NCBI RefSeq assembly: GCF_001194135.2
Contig: NC_068995.1
Location: 1,112,043 to 1,176,042 of the forward strand
Direction: 5' to 3'
Length of the DNA: 64,000 bases
DNA from: Octopus bimaculoides
Lineage: Eukaryota
The notes under the pieces were generated by a model, which was not told where the DNA came from, searched no databases, and saw nothing but the letters and a program-made list of their open reading frames with translations. Shown here in pieces: positions 25,481 through 39,900 of this stretch. The stretch's first letter is position 1. Each line of letters opens with the position of its first letter. Both the position numbers and the translations under genes were made by a program.

Positions 25481-26466
25481 TCTTCAATTCATCTTGTCAG
25501 TGTTTTGGAGCACTTAAATCGAACACAATTTCATTAGCTAAATTTCTATTGAAATACTCAGTCTTTTGTTTCAATTAATTGTGAAAATGATGAATTTAGT
25601 TAACTTTGCCTTTTTTGGGAATATAAATTAATGAATTAATGATGTGATGGAAGGTTTTAAATTTAGATCACTTTAAAACCGGAAGTTTGTATTATTGGCT
25701 CAAGGACAGTGTCTGGCAGATTGGTGTGAAAAGAGTGGAGACCAAAGAAGCTGCTGCTAAGAAGTAAACAGACCATTACTAGATGCCATGTTTCTTTTCA
25801 AAGAACCACCTAACGTTCAGCACATTGGATTCCCCTCCACTCCCCATGGCTAATCAGTCCACTCTATATTTTTTTTCTTACTACTAACTTTTATATATTA
25901 AATCCTAACCTATTTAAACATTTATTTATTTAACACTGATAGCAATAATCAATAGAAGCAAGTTTTTCCACTTAGGATTAGGTTAACAGGAATAAATGCA
26001 TATTTTTAATACTTCTCAGAAGAATTTTTACAAAAAAACCCCCTCCTTGTTTCAGTCATTGGAATGTAACCAAGCTGGGGCACCACCTTGAAGGGTTTAG
26101 CCAGACAAATTGACCCCAGGACTTTTTTTTTTAAGCATAGTTCCTTTTGATCCTTTTACTGAGCTACTGAGTTATGGGGATGTAAACAAACCAACAGCTG
26201 TTGTCAACATGCACACACATAGTGTCTCCAGTTTTGTAGAGCTACTAGATTTGACATCTGTGTAAACAAGGTAGCTTGTCTTGTCTTGGTCCTGGATTTG
26301 TTCAAATGAGACAGACACCTTATGAGACCCCAATAAGGGTTCAATTGAAGCTGTTCATCATTTTTTATTCTACAGGGAAATAAGGTAAGTTTGACACGTT
26401 GCTATGGCTATCACATAGATTTACATATTTGTGTATGTTCAGCAAAAGAGACTGACAATATAAGTT

Positions 26467-26710
26467 ACATCATCATCATCATCGTCATCATCATCATACG
26501 TCCGTTTCCCATGCTGGCATGGGTTGAACGGTTTGACAGGAGCTGGCAATCTAGAGCACTACTACTCCATGCTCCAGTCGTCTGATTGGGAATGGTTTCT
26601 ACGGCTGGCCGCCCTTCCTAACATGCCAACCACTTTCCAAAGTGTGGACTGGGTGCTTTTACATAGCACTGGCATGGATGCTTTTTATGTGGCACCAGAA
26701 CCCATGATCC
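26467..26710 (-). mobile_element. SINE/LINE-tail family B copy
   Basis: A (CAT)n tail followed by CGTTTCCCATGCTGGCATGGGTTGAACGG...CCCTTCCTAACATGCCAACCAC. Confidence 0.75.
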
Positions 26711-27846
26711 CGCAAAACCAGGGACACTCAACTGAAGAAGGATGCGGGGGACATGCCTGTGTGTATGCAAGGATGACCCTGTATTTACTTAGCTTGATAT
26801 GTGTAGAAGTTTCAGTCCCCTTGATTAAAAAAAAATAATCCCAGGTTTCATCTCTTCCATACAAGAATGGAAAAGTTGACACAAAAATGAGGATGCTACA
26901 CATGCATAAATGCACAGACAGACACATTCTTATTGATATATATATATATATATTCACATTCATTTGTGTGTGGGTGTAAGTACTAAAGCTAACCAGCGCA
27001 ACCAACCTGGCACGCTCACATGTCCTGTGATAGCACTAACGATACCATTTATTTCAATACCATTCCATGCTACATCTTTTACCCTAATGTTGTTTATGTT
27101 TAATTTCATTTAAATTCTTCAGGAATACCATTCTATCGCTACTCTGCTTGTCTGTAGAACATCAAGAACTTAGATGGAATAGATAGCTAGAGAGACAGAC
27201 AGACAGATAAGTAAACACATATGCACACACATATTTGTATCTCTGTGTATACACACACACATGTGCATACAAGACTGCCACTCTCTCTTTCCATATATAT
27301 GTATGTGTGTGTGTGTGTGTATCAGTGAGTGAATGATTGTTTTAGCTAATTAGTATCTGTAAGCTTGATATTATTCATTCTTATTGAGCATTATTATGAA
27401 TTTGTTTGCATCATAAACTAATTCTGTGAAATATTTGTTTCCTTCAACACGATGCTCTATGGAATCGGTACAGGAATGGCTGTGTGGTTAAGAAATTTCC
27501 TTTAGAACTGCATGCTTTTGAATTCATGTTTCTATTGTAGCCTTGGAGCTGACCATAACCTTGTGAGTGAATATGGAATTTGGAAGCCCCTCCCCCACCA
27601 CCATTTTTCGTGTGTGTACCTGCATTTTGTGTTTCTATTTCTCACTCACTGCATGACAACAGGTGTTGGTTTGTTTACATCACTGTCCAATACAATAATA
27701 TGTACCAAACTTAGAATGAATTCTAGGATCAATTTGATTGACCAAATCTTCAAGGGAATGCACAAACGTGACCCCCCCCCCCCNNNNNNNNNNGACCCCC
27801 CCCCCCACATTCCAGTGAGTGAGATAAGCAGATGGAAAACTGCATC

Positions 27847-27877
<31 letters not shown>

Positions 27878-27888
27878 ATCTTTTATCT

Positions 27889-28300
27889 TTTACTTGTTTC
27901 AGTCATTAGACTGTGGCCATGCTGCAGCACAACCTTGAAGAATTTTAATCAACTGAATCAACCCCAGGACTTATCTTTTTGTTAAGCCAGGTACTTATTC
28001 TTGCAGACTCCTTTTGCTGAACCGCTAAGTTACAGAAATGTAAATACACCAATACCAGTTGTCAAGCAGTGGTGGGGGAGACGCACAGACAGAAAGACCC
28101 CCCACACACACACACATACATACATAAAAATATGTATGCAATGGGGTTCTTTCAGTTTTGTATACCAAATTCACTCACTGTGCTTTGGTCAGCCCAAGGC
28201 TGTAGCAGAAGACACTTGGCTAAGGTGTCATGCAGTAGGATTGAACCCAGGACCATGTGCTTGGGAAGCAAACTTCCTACCATACAGTCACACTTATGCC
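27889..28300 (-). mobile_element. tRNA-derived SINE family A, near full length
   Basis: Reverse complement of 13113..13522 (TTGTTTCAGTCATT.GACTGTGGCCATGCTG...GAAGACACTTG...GATTGAACCC). Confidence 0.8.
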
Positions 28301-28309
28301 CATATATAA

Positions 28310-28347
<38 letters not shown>

Positions 28348-28364
28348 TATTTTATATTTTATCA

Positions 28365-28520
28365 TCATCATTTACCATCCGTTTTCCATGCTGGCATGGG
28401 TTAGAAGGTTTGACTGGAACTGGTAAGCCAGAGAGCTATACCAGGTTCCAGTTTGGTTTGGCTTGGTTTCTACAGCTGGATGCCCTTCCTGATGCCAACC
28501 ATTCCAAGATAGTAGTGGGT
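28365..28520 (-). mobile_element. SINE/LINE-tail family B copy
   Basis: A (CAT)n tail, then TTCCATGCTGGCATGGGTT...CTACAGCTGGATGCCCTTCCTGATGCCAACC. Confidence 0.75.
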
Positions 28521-28736
28521 GTCTTTCATGTGTCACTGGCGCTGGCCACAACTATGATGATATGTAAAAGGCACCCACTATGTGTATTGATGAAGGAGAA
28601 TGTTCTCTATGTGGCTCGTGTGTTCTCGTCTACGTTTGTTTGCAATGCCCTGTACCCAGATATGCACCTATACATACAGGTGGATGTCGGTATGCACATA
28701 CCTGTACGTATATATGCATATACTCATTTACTATTT

Positions 28737-28774
<38 letters not shown>

Positions 28775-30820
28775 NNNNNNNNNNNNNNNNNNNNNNACAC
28801 ATATTTAAATATTGGTAAGCTAGGCTTTCCAGTATGAGAGAAATATAAGAATGTAAAGCCGTAAATATCCACCTTTCTATATTTATACATCTAGGAAGGT
28901 ATGTGTGTGTGTGTGTGTTTTTATATATGTGTGTGTATATATATATATATATACATAAAAGGTGTATCTAATGTATATGCAATGTGAGTCAGTAAAATTT
29001 TTAGTGAAATTTAAAATGCTAACTGCACACTCACACACATATATACGTGTGTGTGTGTATATATATATATATGTGTGTTTATATACACATACACATAGGT
29101 AAGTATGCAGGTAGATAGATTGATAGATAGTTTGGTAAGTAGGTAGATAGACAGCCAGGTGTGTATATTTGTGTGAGTGTGTGTATAGACAGACAGACAG
29201 AATCATTAACCTTTTTGTTGCTTAGAAAGTAGAATCAATATGATAGATTTTTTGCAGTATATCATGTGTGTGTGTGTGTGTGTGTTCATGTATAATGTTG
29301 TAAATCAATACAATGTCCCCCCAAAATTCTAGTTTTTTTTCATTGATTTGCACCAAAACATCTGAATGAATCATCCCTCCCACCCCTCTCAGATGAATGC
29401 AATTTTCTATTGTTTTTCATTTTTATTCTGTTTTACCTTTTACNNNNNNNNNNNNNNNNNNNNNNNNNNCCCCCCCCCCGAGTCCTGTCTTTTGTTCTGT
29501 TTTTGTCTTTTCTGTAGCAGAAGAGACAATTTTCTTCTTTTTTTCTCCTCCATTCCCCGCCCCCCACCTCTCAGGTGGGCTGACTGCTTGCTTGGCTATA
29601 CTGGATTATATTTGCCAATATGTCTTCTTTCACAGCTTAAGTTTATTCTTGTGGGTAAGGGATTGTTTAGCCAGGACCTGCCGCATGGTTACTTGTGTCC
29701 CCGCAAGCAACATGAATTTTGGTGCCCCCCAGCCAGGTGAATATCAGTCCCTTTATTATCATGGCCATCATTATCATTGATTTAACATCCACTTATCCAT
29801 GCTCACATGGGTCAGACAGAAATCTATTGAGGCCCCTTCCTGTTGCCTTCCAGACGCCCTTCCTGTTGCCAACCCTCGCTTGTTTCCTAACAAGTATTTC
29901 CCCTAGACATGTTCTCACAGAATATTGGAAATGAAGGACACTGCTTGTATGACAGTGACACTCGCTTACAGCTGTGACATGATGTCATCACAAGGAGACA
30001 CACACACACACACACAGGATTTTTCAACCAGATATTGTTCTTATTACCAACCTTCACCTGTTTTTCAAGTAAGGAATTTTTTTTACTCCATAAGTGTAAG
30101 GAAACTGACAATTTTTGTCTGATTACAACCTCAACATCCTTGAACCAAGTTATTACATCATAACAATACTCATGGATCTGTGTGTCTGTGTGTCTGTCAA
30201 AACACCCCCTCCCCCATGCATAGCCTCTCCTTGAAACAGCATACATCTCTTGTATGTTACCCCTGAAATGCTCCCACGTTGGACCCTTCTCTATACATAT
30301 TCCTGCATGCTCAGACACACATCCATAAATCCAGGTACACCAACACACTTGGATGCCCCCCCCCCCCACACACACACACANNNNNNNNNNNNNNNNNNNN
30401 NNNNNNNNNNNNNNNNNNNNNNNNNNNNNNCATATGCAGATATATACATGCACATACTCAGCTACACTCGCACACACACACACACATATCTAAAATAGTC
30501 TACATAGTGATAAATTACATCACAAAGGATGGGCGGCTTCTTGTCTGCACTACTTAAAATACCCTAACCCTACCCTGCCAACTTCCCCCACCAACAATAT
30601 CATACCATTCATCATCATCACCAGTGCTACTATTATCACCACCACCACTACCATCATCATCATCTAAACCACCTTCCTCACAGTCATCCATCATCTTTGG
30701 GAAAGGCATGAGTGTCAGAATTCCTCATTTGTATAAATCTGAAAGTAAAAGTGTATTCCTTTACAGTAAAGACCCTCATTTTTTGGAGATGGAAAATATT
30801 CATATTTGGGTGTGTGGGGA

Positions 30821-30865
<45 letters not shown>

Positions 30866-30919
30866 NNNNNNNNNNNNNNNNNNNNNNNNNNNNNNNNNNN
30901 NNNNNNNNNNNNNNNNNNN

Positions 30920-32110
30920 ATATATACTGCAGCAATCATTCAGCAAGATGCAAACCATTTGGTGGGAAGATCTTGTTCATGTTATTGAAGCTGCTGCTGC
31001 TGATGCAAATGACAGCAAGGAACTCTACCATCTTATGAAGCAAACTTATGCGCCTAAAAGAGTTCTGCATCAGCTCCTTTGCTTTGCAAAAGAGAGCGCT
31101 ACCCTGCTTACTAAATCAACAAAAATCACAGGTCACTGGTTTGGACATCTTTTTGAACTTCTAAACTGTGAATCTGTTGTAGATGATGCTGTAACAGACA
31201 TTCTTCAGCTATCATCAGCTCCCTGGATTCCACACCTTGAATAGACAAGGAAGTAATAGCAATGATAAGGTGAATTGGTGGAAAGGTTCTGGCAAGTAAA
31301 CCTCTTACCTGCTTCAATGGATACTTTGTAAATGGTGTTGCATCTGAATCTCAATGTGGCTCCCATTCTGGTAGAGGAACAATGGATATGGTCTTTACAA
31401 CAAGACAGATGCAGGGAAAGTGCTATGAGCAGAGTATGGATCTTGTACAGGTTTTCATTGATTTAATCAAAGCTTTCAATACTGTGAATAGGACCTCCCT
31501 GCGGAAAATACTCGGCAAACTTAGTTGTGTGAGTCACTTTGTGTCTATAATTAAATCATTTCATGATGGGATAGAGGCATGAGTCAGTGTTGGTGGTGGC
31601 ATAGCAGGGACCTATTCCTGTAGGGAATGGTGTCAAGCAAGATGATATTCTTGCCTCAACTCTCTTTCCATTGTATTTTGCTACTCCTCCCACTTGTGCC
31701 TTTACTGTGGATTACTTTTCTGGGAGGTATGTGAAGTACCATACTTCTGGAAGTCACTTCAACTTGTCAATTTACTGCCAATTTGAGAGTTTTTCAGTCT
31801 CTTATTTGTGACCTTTTTTTTTATGGGGATGATTGCAACTTCATTGCTCATACAGCTGAAGATATGAAAATTCTCATGGATCATATCTCAACATGTTGCA
31901 ATGCATTTAGACTTGGTATTAGCCTGGAAAAGACTTGTGATGCTTCAGCTGTACCATGGAGTCCAAATGTGAAACCATCTGTCTTAGTTGAAGGAACAGG
32001 AGTGAAAGTGATGGACATGTTTGTCTGCCGGGGCCATACACTCGGCTGTTCTTGCTCTTTGGATTATGAAATATTGTTAAGGCTTCAGAAAACAATGGGG
32101 TCCTTCAGGG
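30920..32110 (+). mobile_element. Degenerate RTE (BovB-like) LINE reverse transcriptase, about 1.2 kb
   Basis: Collinear motifs across frameshifts: MQTIWWED...YAPK...HWFGHLFELLNCESVVDD; RGTMDMVFTTRQMQGKCYEQ..FIDLIKAFNTVNR..FHDG; DLFFYGDDC..HTAEDM..GISLEKT; VDMFVC.G.TL. Confidence 0.88.
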
Positions 32111-32625
32111 GCCATGAAGTTACCAAGAAACATGCAAAACATAAAAGAGCAGAGGAAAAGGAAAGCGGGGGGGTTAGCTCCTACCACTATGAGGAAGAAT
32201 TGGAAGGAGAAGGTGGAGGTGGGTGACTGTTTGCCAAGTGTTGAAAGGTTAAAGTATGATAGACAAGCCCCGGGTTTGTTGCAACAGAGATACAATGGAG
32301 GTACTGATGGGGTGCTAGAACAAACTCCTTAGGTACAAGAAAGTGAGCAGAAGAAAGGACATGGAGAGTAGCAGGAGAGGTTAATGTAGTGATGAACAAG
32401 GGGGGGGGGGTCATGTATATACACACATGCATGTTACTATCTCCATGGCCTTGATATAGCGATAATTGTTAACGAATATTTCATCTCCTGTAAAAACTTG
32501 GAAACAAGTTAAAATGTTAAAATGATAATATAATATATATTATATATATAATACATACGTATATAGATAATATCTATACTTTATATACACATAGTACATA
32601 TATATAAATCATATATATATATAAT

Positions 32626-32760
32626 AACTTAGCGGTTCGGCAAAAAAGCCCGATAGGGTAAGTACTAGGCTTACAAAGAATAAGTCCAGGGGTCAATTTG
32701 CTCGACTAAAGCGGTGCTCCAGCATGGCCGCATTCAAATGACTAAAACAAGTAAGAGTAA
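32626..32760 (+). mobile_element. SINE family A, 3' half
   Basis: AACTTAGCGGTTCGGCAAAA...GCGGTGCTCCAGCATGGCCGCA matches about 13380..13510. Confidence 0.85.
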
Positions 32761-35700
32761 ATATATATATATAATGATGATGATGATGTATATTTGTGTG
32801 TGTGTGTGTGTGTGTGTGCTTTATGTATTTGAGAGAATAACCCATTTATCTATTTCACTGATATCACGTGAAACACCTGTTAGTTGAGAGGATGGTGTGG
32901 GTGTAGTGGTGTAGTGTGAGGGGGAAAAAAGTTGTGTGGGTGTGTGATGATGATGTTAATGTAAGTGTGTGTGTGAGGATATGTTTATCATTTGCGTATC
33001 CGTATTTCCTTAAACACTGTTACAGCATGGCCGTCACTGAACCAATGAGAGACTTTTACCAGACCAAAGAAAGAGTAACCAAATTTAACTCAAACCACAT
33101 CCTGCTGTCTTAATAAAAGAAAGACACATAATAGCTTGCTAAATAGACCGTGCCTAACCTCCACCATTGAGAATGGGATTGTAATGCTTTTTACCAGAAT
33201 TGGCTGTTTAGTCGTCGCTGACCCGGGGCTAAACAAAAGCGATACAAATCAACTAAAGAGCCTCTGTTGTCACCAAACAACTTGCTAGAAATGGCAGTCA
33301 TATCTGCCTCTGTTTACATTAGGATGGACACATCAGGTTGTGTAATTGTAGATATACTATTAAAAAACGAAAACAGAAAAACTGTGAAGGTTATGGCAAG
33401 AACATTTCTGATCCTAGGTCTGACCTGTGGCTAAACGCTAACACCATTGTCCACTAGATGACCTCTATGTCACATCTCTCTCCCCACCTCCCACCTTTTT
33501 GGCTGTACATTATATCATCCCATATTGGAACACAAACATGTGGGTTGAAGTGCTAGAAATAGAAGTTAAATCACCAACAAATCACAATTTATTGCCTTCT
33601 AAACAAGCAACAACAAAAAAGACATTGGATAATGTAGTCCAAGATATTCTATGCATGTCATCGTCTTAATGAGCATTTTTCTATAGTTGTTTGGGTTGGA
33701 CAGTGTTTATTTAGGCAGATTTTTCTACGGCTGGATGCTCTTTCTATCACCTACGCTCACCTGTTTCCAACCAAGGTAATATTTCCTCATGCCCTTCCCA
33801 ACCTCATGGTTCTGAGTTCAGTCCCACTTCGTGGCATTTTATGAAAGTGTCTTCTGCTACAGCCACGGGCTGACCAAAGTATTGCAAGTGGATTTGGTAG
33901 ATGGAAACACGGTTGTGTAGCCTCCATTGCAGCTGTCCGTGCTGCATCTTACAGCTTTTACAATGTCCACAGAGCATTGAACAAGTCATGATATCGACGT
34001 TTTGATACCCACTGCAAATCATCATCATATTGATCACTCTCTTCTAATATTCCGATGGCTTCCAGTCTTCTACGCCAGCTAACTTTTTCTCAACTACAAC
34101 TTTAGTTGCTCTGCAATGTCCATTGACGGCTCACCTATACATCAAACTGTTCTTGAGAGAAAGAGACAAAAAATCATGAAATTTAGTTTGAACGTCCTGA
34201 ATGTAAAGTGAGTGGGAGTGTAATTGTTTGTCCCATTCTCGTGACATCTTGTGCTTGTTATAAATGAGTGTCTGTCATTCGTTTCCAATACTCTGCAAAA
34301 ACATGTCTGGCTATGGGAAAATATTATCATGCTTGGAAACAGAGTAAAGGTTGATGACTTTCAGAGGCAGCTGTAGAGAATTTGCTCCAATAAACTAGAA
34401 AAGTGTACTTTAAACAATGGTGGCGGTGTGTATGGGAGAGAGAGAGAGAGAGGGAGGCAAGTTGTGACGAATGTGAAAGTGAGAGAGACTGGTTATGGTG
34501 AATGTGTTTGACGTGTGAGAAACAGAGTAGAACAATATGTAGCCGTGGTGGGTGTGTGTGAGAGTTGTATCGAAAGAGTGCGACAGAGATGACGATGTAT
34601 GCTGAATGTGTGAGAGAGAGACCATATGTATTAATGTTTAAATATGTTGATACAGGCAATGGTGTGTTTACCTACGTGTGCTTTGCACTTTGCTGTGGGA
34701 TATCTGTATGTTTGTGTGTAGCTATGTATTATCAGTGTATTTCGAACATGCGAGTGCCCATATAAGTTCCTGCTCATGTATATACATACATGTATTTCTT
34801 TGAATTTCTTTGTAGGACTATATTACCATGTGTGTGTGTGATGCTGTTCGTTGTGCGCCGTAAACAACCATTCTCTTCCACTTTGTTAACATGGTTTAAT
34901 GTTCTCGAGAAAGTTTTTAACCGTGAAACATTCTCACATCTTAGCTTCCACGTGGTTGTTCGGTCGGCTAGAAACAAAAACCAATTCTCCCTTAAAATCA
35001 CATCCCTTTGTCTTACAATAAAGAAACGTATTGCAGTTAAACTAATTTTAAAAATAGAATAACAATAATTATGACTAGAATGCTTTCTGATATAAGTCTG
35101 CTCGATCAAAGGACTATCTTGGAGCTACATAATTATCAGCATNNNNNNNNNNNNNNNNNNNNNNNNNNNNNNNNNNNNNNNNNNNNNNNNNNNNNNNNNN
35201 NNNNNNNNNNNNNNNNNNNNNNNNNNNNNNNNNNNNNNNNNNNNNNNNNNNNNNNNNNNNNNNNNNNNNNNNNNNNNNNNNNNNNNNNNNNNNNNNNNNN
35301 NNNNNNNNNNNNNNNNNNNNNNNNNNNNNNNNNNNNNNNNNNNNNNNNNNNNNNNNNNNNNNNNNNNNNNNNNNNNNNNNNNNNNNNNNNNNNNNNNNNN
35401 NNNNNNNNNNNNNNNNNNNNNNNNNNNNNNNNNNNNNNNNNNNNNNNNNNNNNNNNNNNNNNNNNNNNNNNNNNNNNNNNNNNNNNNNNNNNNNNNNNNN
35501 NNNNNNNNNNNNNNNNNNNNNNNNNNNNNNNNNNNNNNNNNNNNNNNNNNNNNNNNNNNNNNNNNNNNNNNNNNNNNNNNNNNNNNNNNNNNNNNNNNNN
35601 NNNNNNNNNNNNNNNNNNNNNNNNNNNNNNNNNNNNNNNNNNNNNNNNNNNNNNNNNNNNNNNNNNNNNNNNNNNNNNNNNNNNNNNNNNNNNNNNNNNN

Positions 35701-35771
35701 NNNNNNNNNNNNNNNNNNNNNNNNNNNNNNNNNNNNNNNNNNNNNNNNNNNNNNNNNNNNNNNNNNNNNNN

Positions 35772-35806
<35 letters not shown>

Positions 35807-36479
35807 CGTTTGAATGTACACGAGTTTCTTTTTATAAATGGTTAGAGACGATTGTTTCGTTTCGTTTCGTTTTATATCTTCCTCATCATTTTCTAGCGTT
35901 TGTAAATGTGTTTCTATGGAAGCACGTTGGTGTACTAAATGATCTTAGTTACAATATCCGTTTTTGTTTTTCCCCCCGTGTTTGTCATTGATTTCTATCG
36001 TTCTACTAAATCCTGCTGCTTACTTCTATCGACGGATATATATGTTGAAAGTCTCAGACACCCACGCAAACACATTCTGTATATTCATACGTAGATATGT
36101 AGATAATCCGGATCTCAGCGCTTTAAGTTCAAATACTGCCGAGGTCAACTACGCTTTTCATCTTTTCGGGTTCAATAAGTAAAATACCAGTCAAATACTG
36201 GAGTCAGTTTTAGTTTTTCTTTCTATAATTTTTTTTTTAAATGTCTATCTCTTTTGGAAGAAATCGGCTGAGATTAGATCTATATTATATAGTTACATAA
36301 TTATGAACGCATGAGAATTTGTGCTCGAAATAAATTTTATAAAATTAATTAAATTAAATTCATAATTTATTAAATTTCTTTTTTTATCTGTCAATTAATT
36401 ATATACATATATATTTATAAAACCTTCCCATATTCGACATGGCTTTTTTCCTTCTGTATTTTAATTACGTTTTGGTTGA

Positions 36480-36960
36480 GGGAAGGTGGCGGAACAATTG
36501 TCACAATAGACTCGGCCGACAGGTGGACTCGTCCCACACGTGATAGCAGCCGTTCGGCATAAGCCCACAGGTCCGAAATGGCTGGACACTGCACGAGTGC
36601 GTGCAGAACGGTTTCGCCGCTCTGACCGCATCTCTGTCAAATCGGTCCCGTGTGTCTCGAACCGTGCCTACAGAGCTTATATCCTGAACAAGTAATGCTT
36701 CTCGATAGCACTACCAGGCCAGGGATCTCTGGTGATTGTCCATAGGTCCCGGCCCGAAAGTTGTCCTGAACAGGCGGGTCAAGCGTTCCTCGTCGACGCC
36801 CAGATTCTGCCCGAGAACGTCGTTGCACCTCCCCTCCACTATTCCTCTATAGAACGCCTTTGTTGTAATGAAGTCGCACAAGTTTGGTCCCGGACGGCAG
36901 AGTTGCTTGAGAGCAACGCGACACTTGCGGTGCCATTCGCCTAGCCCCAGTCTCTGTTTG
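36480..36960 (-). mobile_element. L1/Tx1-clade LINE ORF2 C-terminal fragment (zf-RVT zinc knuckle)
   Basis: ...HQRSLAW*CYREALLVQD then, after a frameshift, RHG...I*QRCGQSGETVLHALVQCPAISDLWAYAERLLSRVG. This is the C-x2-C-x4-E-x3-H-x4-C pattern with the first Cys mutated to TGA. GC-rich relative to the flanks. Confidence 0.8.
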
Positions 36961-39900
36961 ATCAACAAAAATTATAATAATGATTTATTATTTGAGAGGA
37001 AGAGGAGGGGAAGCAACAGTGATGTTTTGTAGCTTCTTTCTCTCCATTGTGGTTAGAGTTCTGCTGAACCTTTTACTTTGAGTTTCCGTCCGCAGGAATT
37101 ATAAGCATAAGAATTTCAGGGGGATTGCATTATCGGGGGTGGAAAGAATGGTTAGTTTGTTGCTGAGTTACAAGTGGACCTTGATGGAGTAGATCTATAC
37201 AATAAAAGGCATTTCAGCTGTGAACCCGTCCTTTTTTGGTCACTCTCTAAACACATTGTTTAGGACTAACGTATATTGTCTATCCAATATGCCCTCCATT
37301 TTGTGGGAAGACACACAATAGGGATGCGGAGGTGTGGATGAGAGGTAAATGGCGTTCGGGTTGTAGTTGTTCAGCCTCAGGTCGATCCTGATCCAGCAGG
37401 ATCAAAGACGCACCAGCCGTCATGTGATTATTTTGTTATTTTAGGAGTATCGAAGGGCAGTCCTTCAACTAAGGACATCACTTTCACTTTTACCAATTAA
37501 GAATTAGAACAAAAGTGCAAGGTGTTGCCCTAAACTCTATGGTCACTATATCTATGATTTCATTATCTACTGTGTCTTCATTTTCAAGATCGTACGATGT
37601 GATCTGAACGGAATTTGAACTCAGAACATGAAGGGGTTAATATTTATAATAGGCAAAGCCTCGTTGATTAGGGGTTGGGTAAATGAGACCTAGACAATTG
37701 AAATGGCTGGTGGTATATTACTGGTGCATTTTTATCGATCCTTGCTCCCTTTTCCTGCTCATGAAAGGCGAGAGTTTAGAAACGAAATGTAAATTATTTT
37801 TTCTTTGGCTCATGGGCGGTCTGGTGTACATACCATCACCACTACTACTACAACGACGACTGCTGCTGTTGTTGTAATTAGTTAATTGCTGTTGTATCTT
37901 CACCCCTCCTCCAATTCTGTTCTTCATTTTTCTCTTTATTATCCTAATGTCCCAGTTGCAATAATTACTTCTAATTTTCATATTTCTCTCTCGAAATTAA
38001 AAATATTTTTAGTTTTATTTTACTTAGTTTTCTTTTATCTATCTTTTAGTTTTTGTTTGCGTGGACACGGCCCATAGCCTTTTCTGGGTTTTCTTCTTTC
38101 TCTCCAGGCCAGTCCTGATCGAGTAAGCCTATGATCGAAGGCGTTCCAGCTGTGACCAATCCCTCTTTACTGAAAAAAACCAACAACTGCTTATGCAATG
38201 CGTGTTTTTCTCCATTACATTTTGTAATCAGAAACATGGCTGATGATGTGTCAAGGCGGCTAGCTGGTGGAATCGTTAAAACATCGCAAAAAGGCCCTGT
38301 TGTATTTCTTCTGGTTCTTTACATTCTGGGTTCATATCCAGCTAAGGTGAACTTCATATTCCATCCCTCCGGGGTCGGTAAAAATAAGTTACTGGTCAAG
38401 TATTTGGGTTCGATGGTCCCAACTGACCTCTTCCCTCAAAATTGCTGGCCTTGTGCTAAAATTAGAAACCATTCTATTAATCCACACTTTCTAAACCTCG
38501 ATAAAAATGCTGTATTTCTTCTGGTGCTTTAATTCCGGGTTCAAATTTCACTAAAGTCAACTTCAGCTGTTCATCTTTTCGAGATCGACTGCAGTACCAG
38601 TTAGGTACTGCAGTCGATAATCTCCTCCCACACGTCAATACATCTATTGAACTCTCATCCGGTTATGGTCAGTGATCAAAGCCTTTTGTTCAATGATTGT
38701 ACTCGTTGATCTTTATGCGTACTTCTATTTATAGATTTTTTTTTCCCATGGAGTAAAGTATAAAGGAAAGGAAATGTGTTATCGAAAGATGACAACGTCA
38801 AAAATTTGCATTAAGGCGCAGGTCAACTCTGGATCAAGCTGGTTTAAAGGTGTTCCAGCCCGTCAGCTGCAGCGCATCTTGTTTTTTATTCTGACATAGT
38901 GTCTTTATTCCTTCTTCTTTGTGTGTGTGTGGGNNNNNNNNNNNNNNNNNNNNNNNNNGAGGGCCGCAGGATGTGAATTGAAGGATAAGTGGATGATATT
39001 GCTAGCATGTCAGATGAGGTTCAAAGACACCCACACATAGTATAGTTGTTTGTTTAACCATAATGTTAAGGACATGCCTTTGTAAACACTTCTGTGAATA
39101 TATTATATCGAAATATTTATATATTACAACAGGTAAAATTAATTCAATAAAGGAACATTTCTTAGATTTATTTATTAATAATTCTCTTTCACTCAACTTA
39201 CGAACCAATTTGACCCAGACGGAGCCAACACGATATATCGAGATAACTGTCGAAACTGCCCCAATGTCGCACCCTACCGTCTTAAAAAAAGAAAAGATAT
39301 TTTGGAAGATGTTGACTTCGATAAATGCAGGACGATAGTGGTTGGAACACTTTTCACTCCTAAGTCATCTCCAACGTGAAATACACGCAGTGTTAACGAC
39401 TGTAGTTTTCGTATTCAATGTTTTCTAGAATGTCTGCAACTAAAAACATGTTGCTGTTTAAATACCTCTGAGATGATACTGCCTCAACAATATTTTTTAT
39501 TTCAACGAAACTTTTGGTGAATGCTATATAGCTTGCATTTTTGGAGTAGATTTCTCTGTTTTAATATGAAATTTTGGGCTATATCAGCCATACAAAATTG
39601 TGTTAATCTTCTTAAAGGACCTGACCGAAACGTGTTTATCGCTTCGTTTTTCACCCAAACCATTCCGCTCTTTCCACTTTCTTTTCAGCATGACTCCTGT
39701 AATATCTTCACGAAGCCTCTCTGTTTAATAAAGTTGAAGTTATTGTCAGCAATCCTACAGTAAGAGAAAACTGTAGTTGATATTTATCCTATTAAAGGGC
39801 AAATATTCAAGAGGTTTCTGTAAAGTCTGCTCAACAGGAAATTACAGGTCTGGCTTTGTTTTCGTTAGTCGGAAAGTTGTATCTAAAACTTCGACAAATT

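Noticed and set aside
39610-39640. GACCGAAACGTG as another hammerhead
   Set aside because: There is no CUGANGA-like core or helix I that I can pair convincingly.
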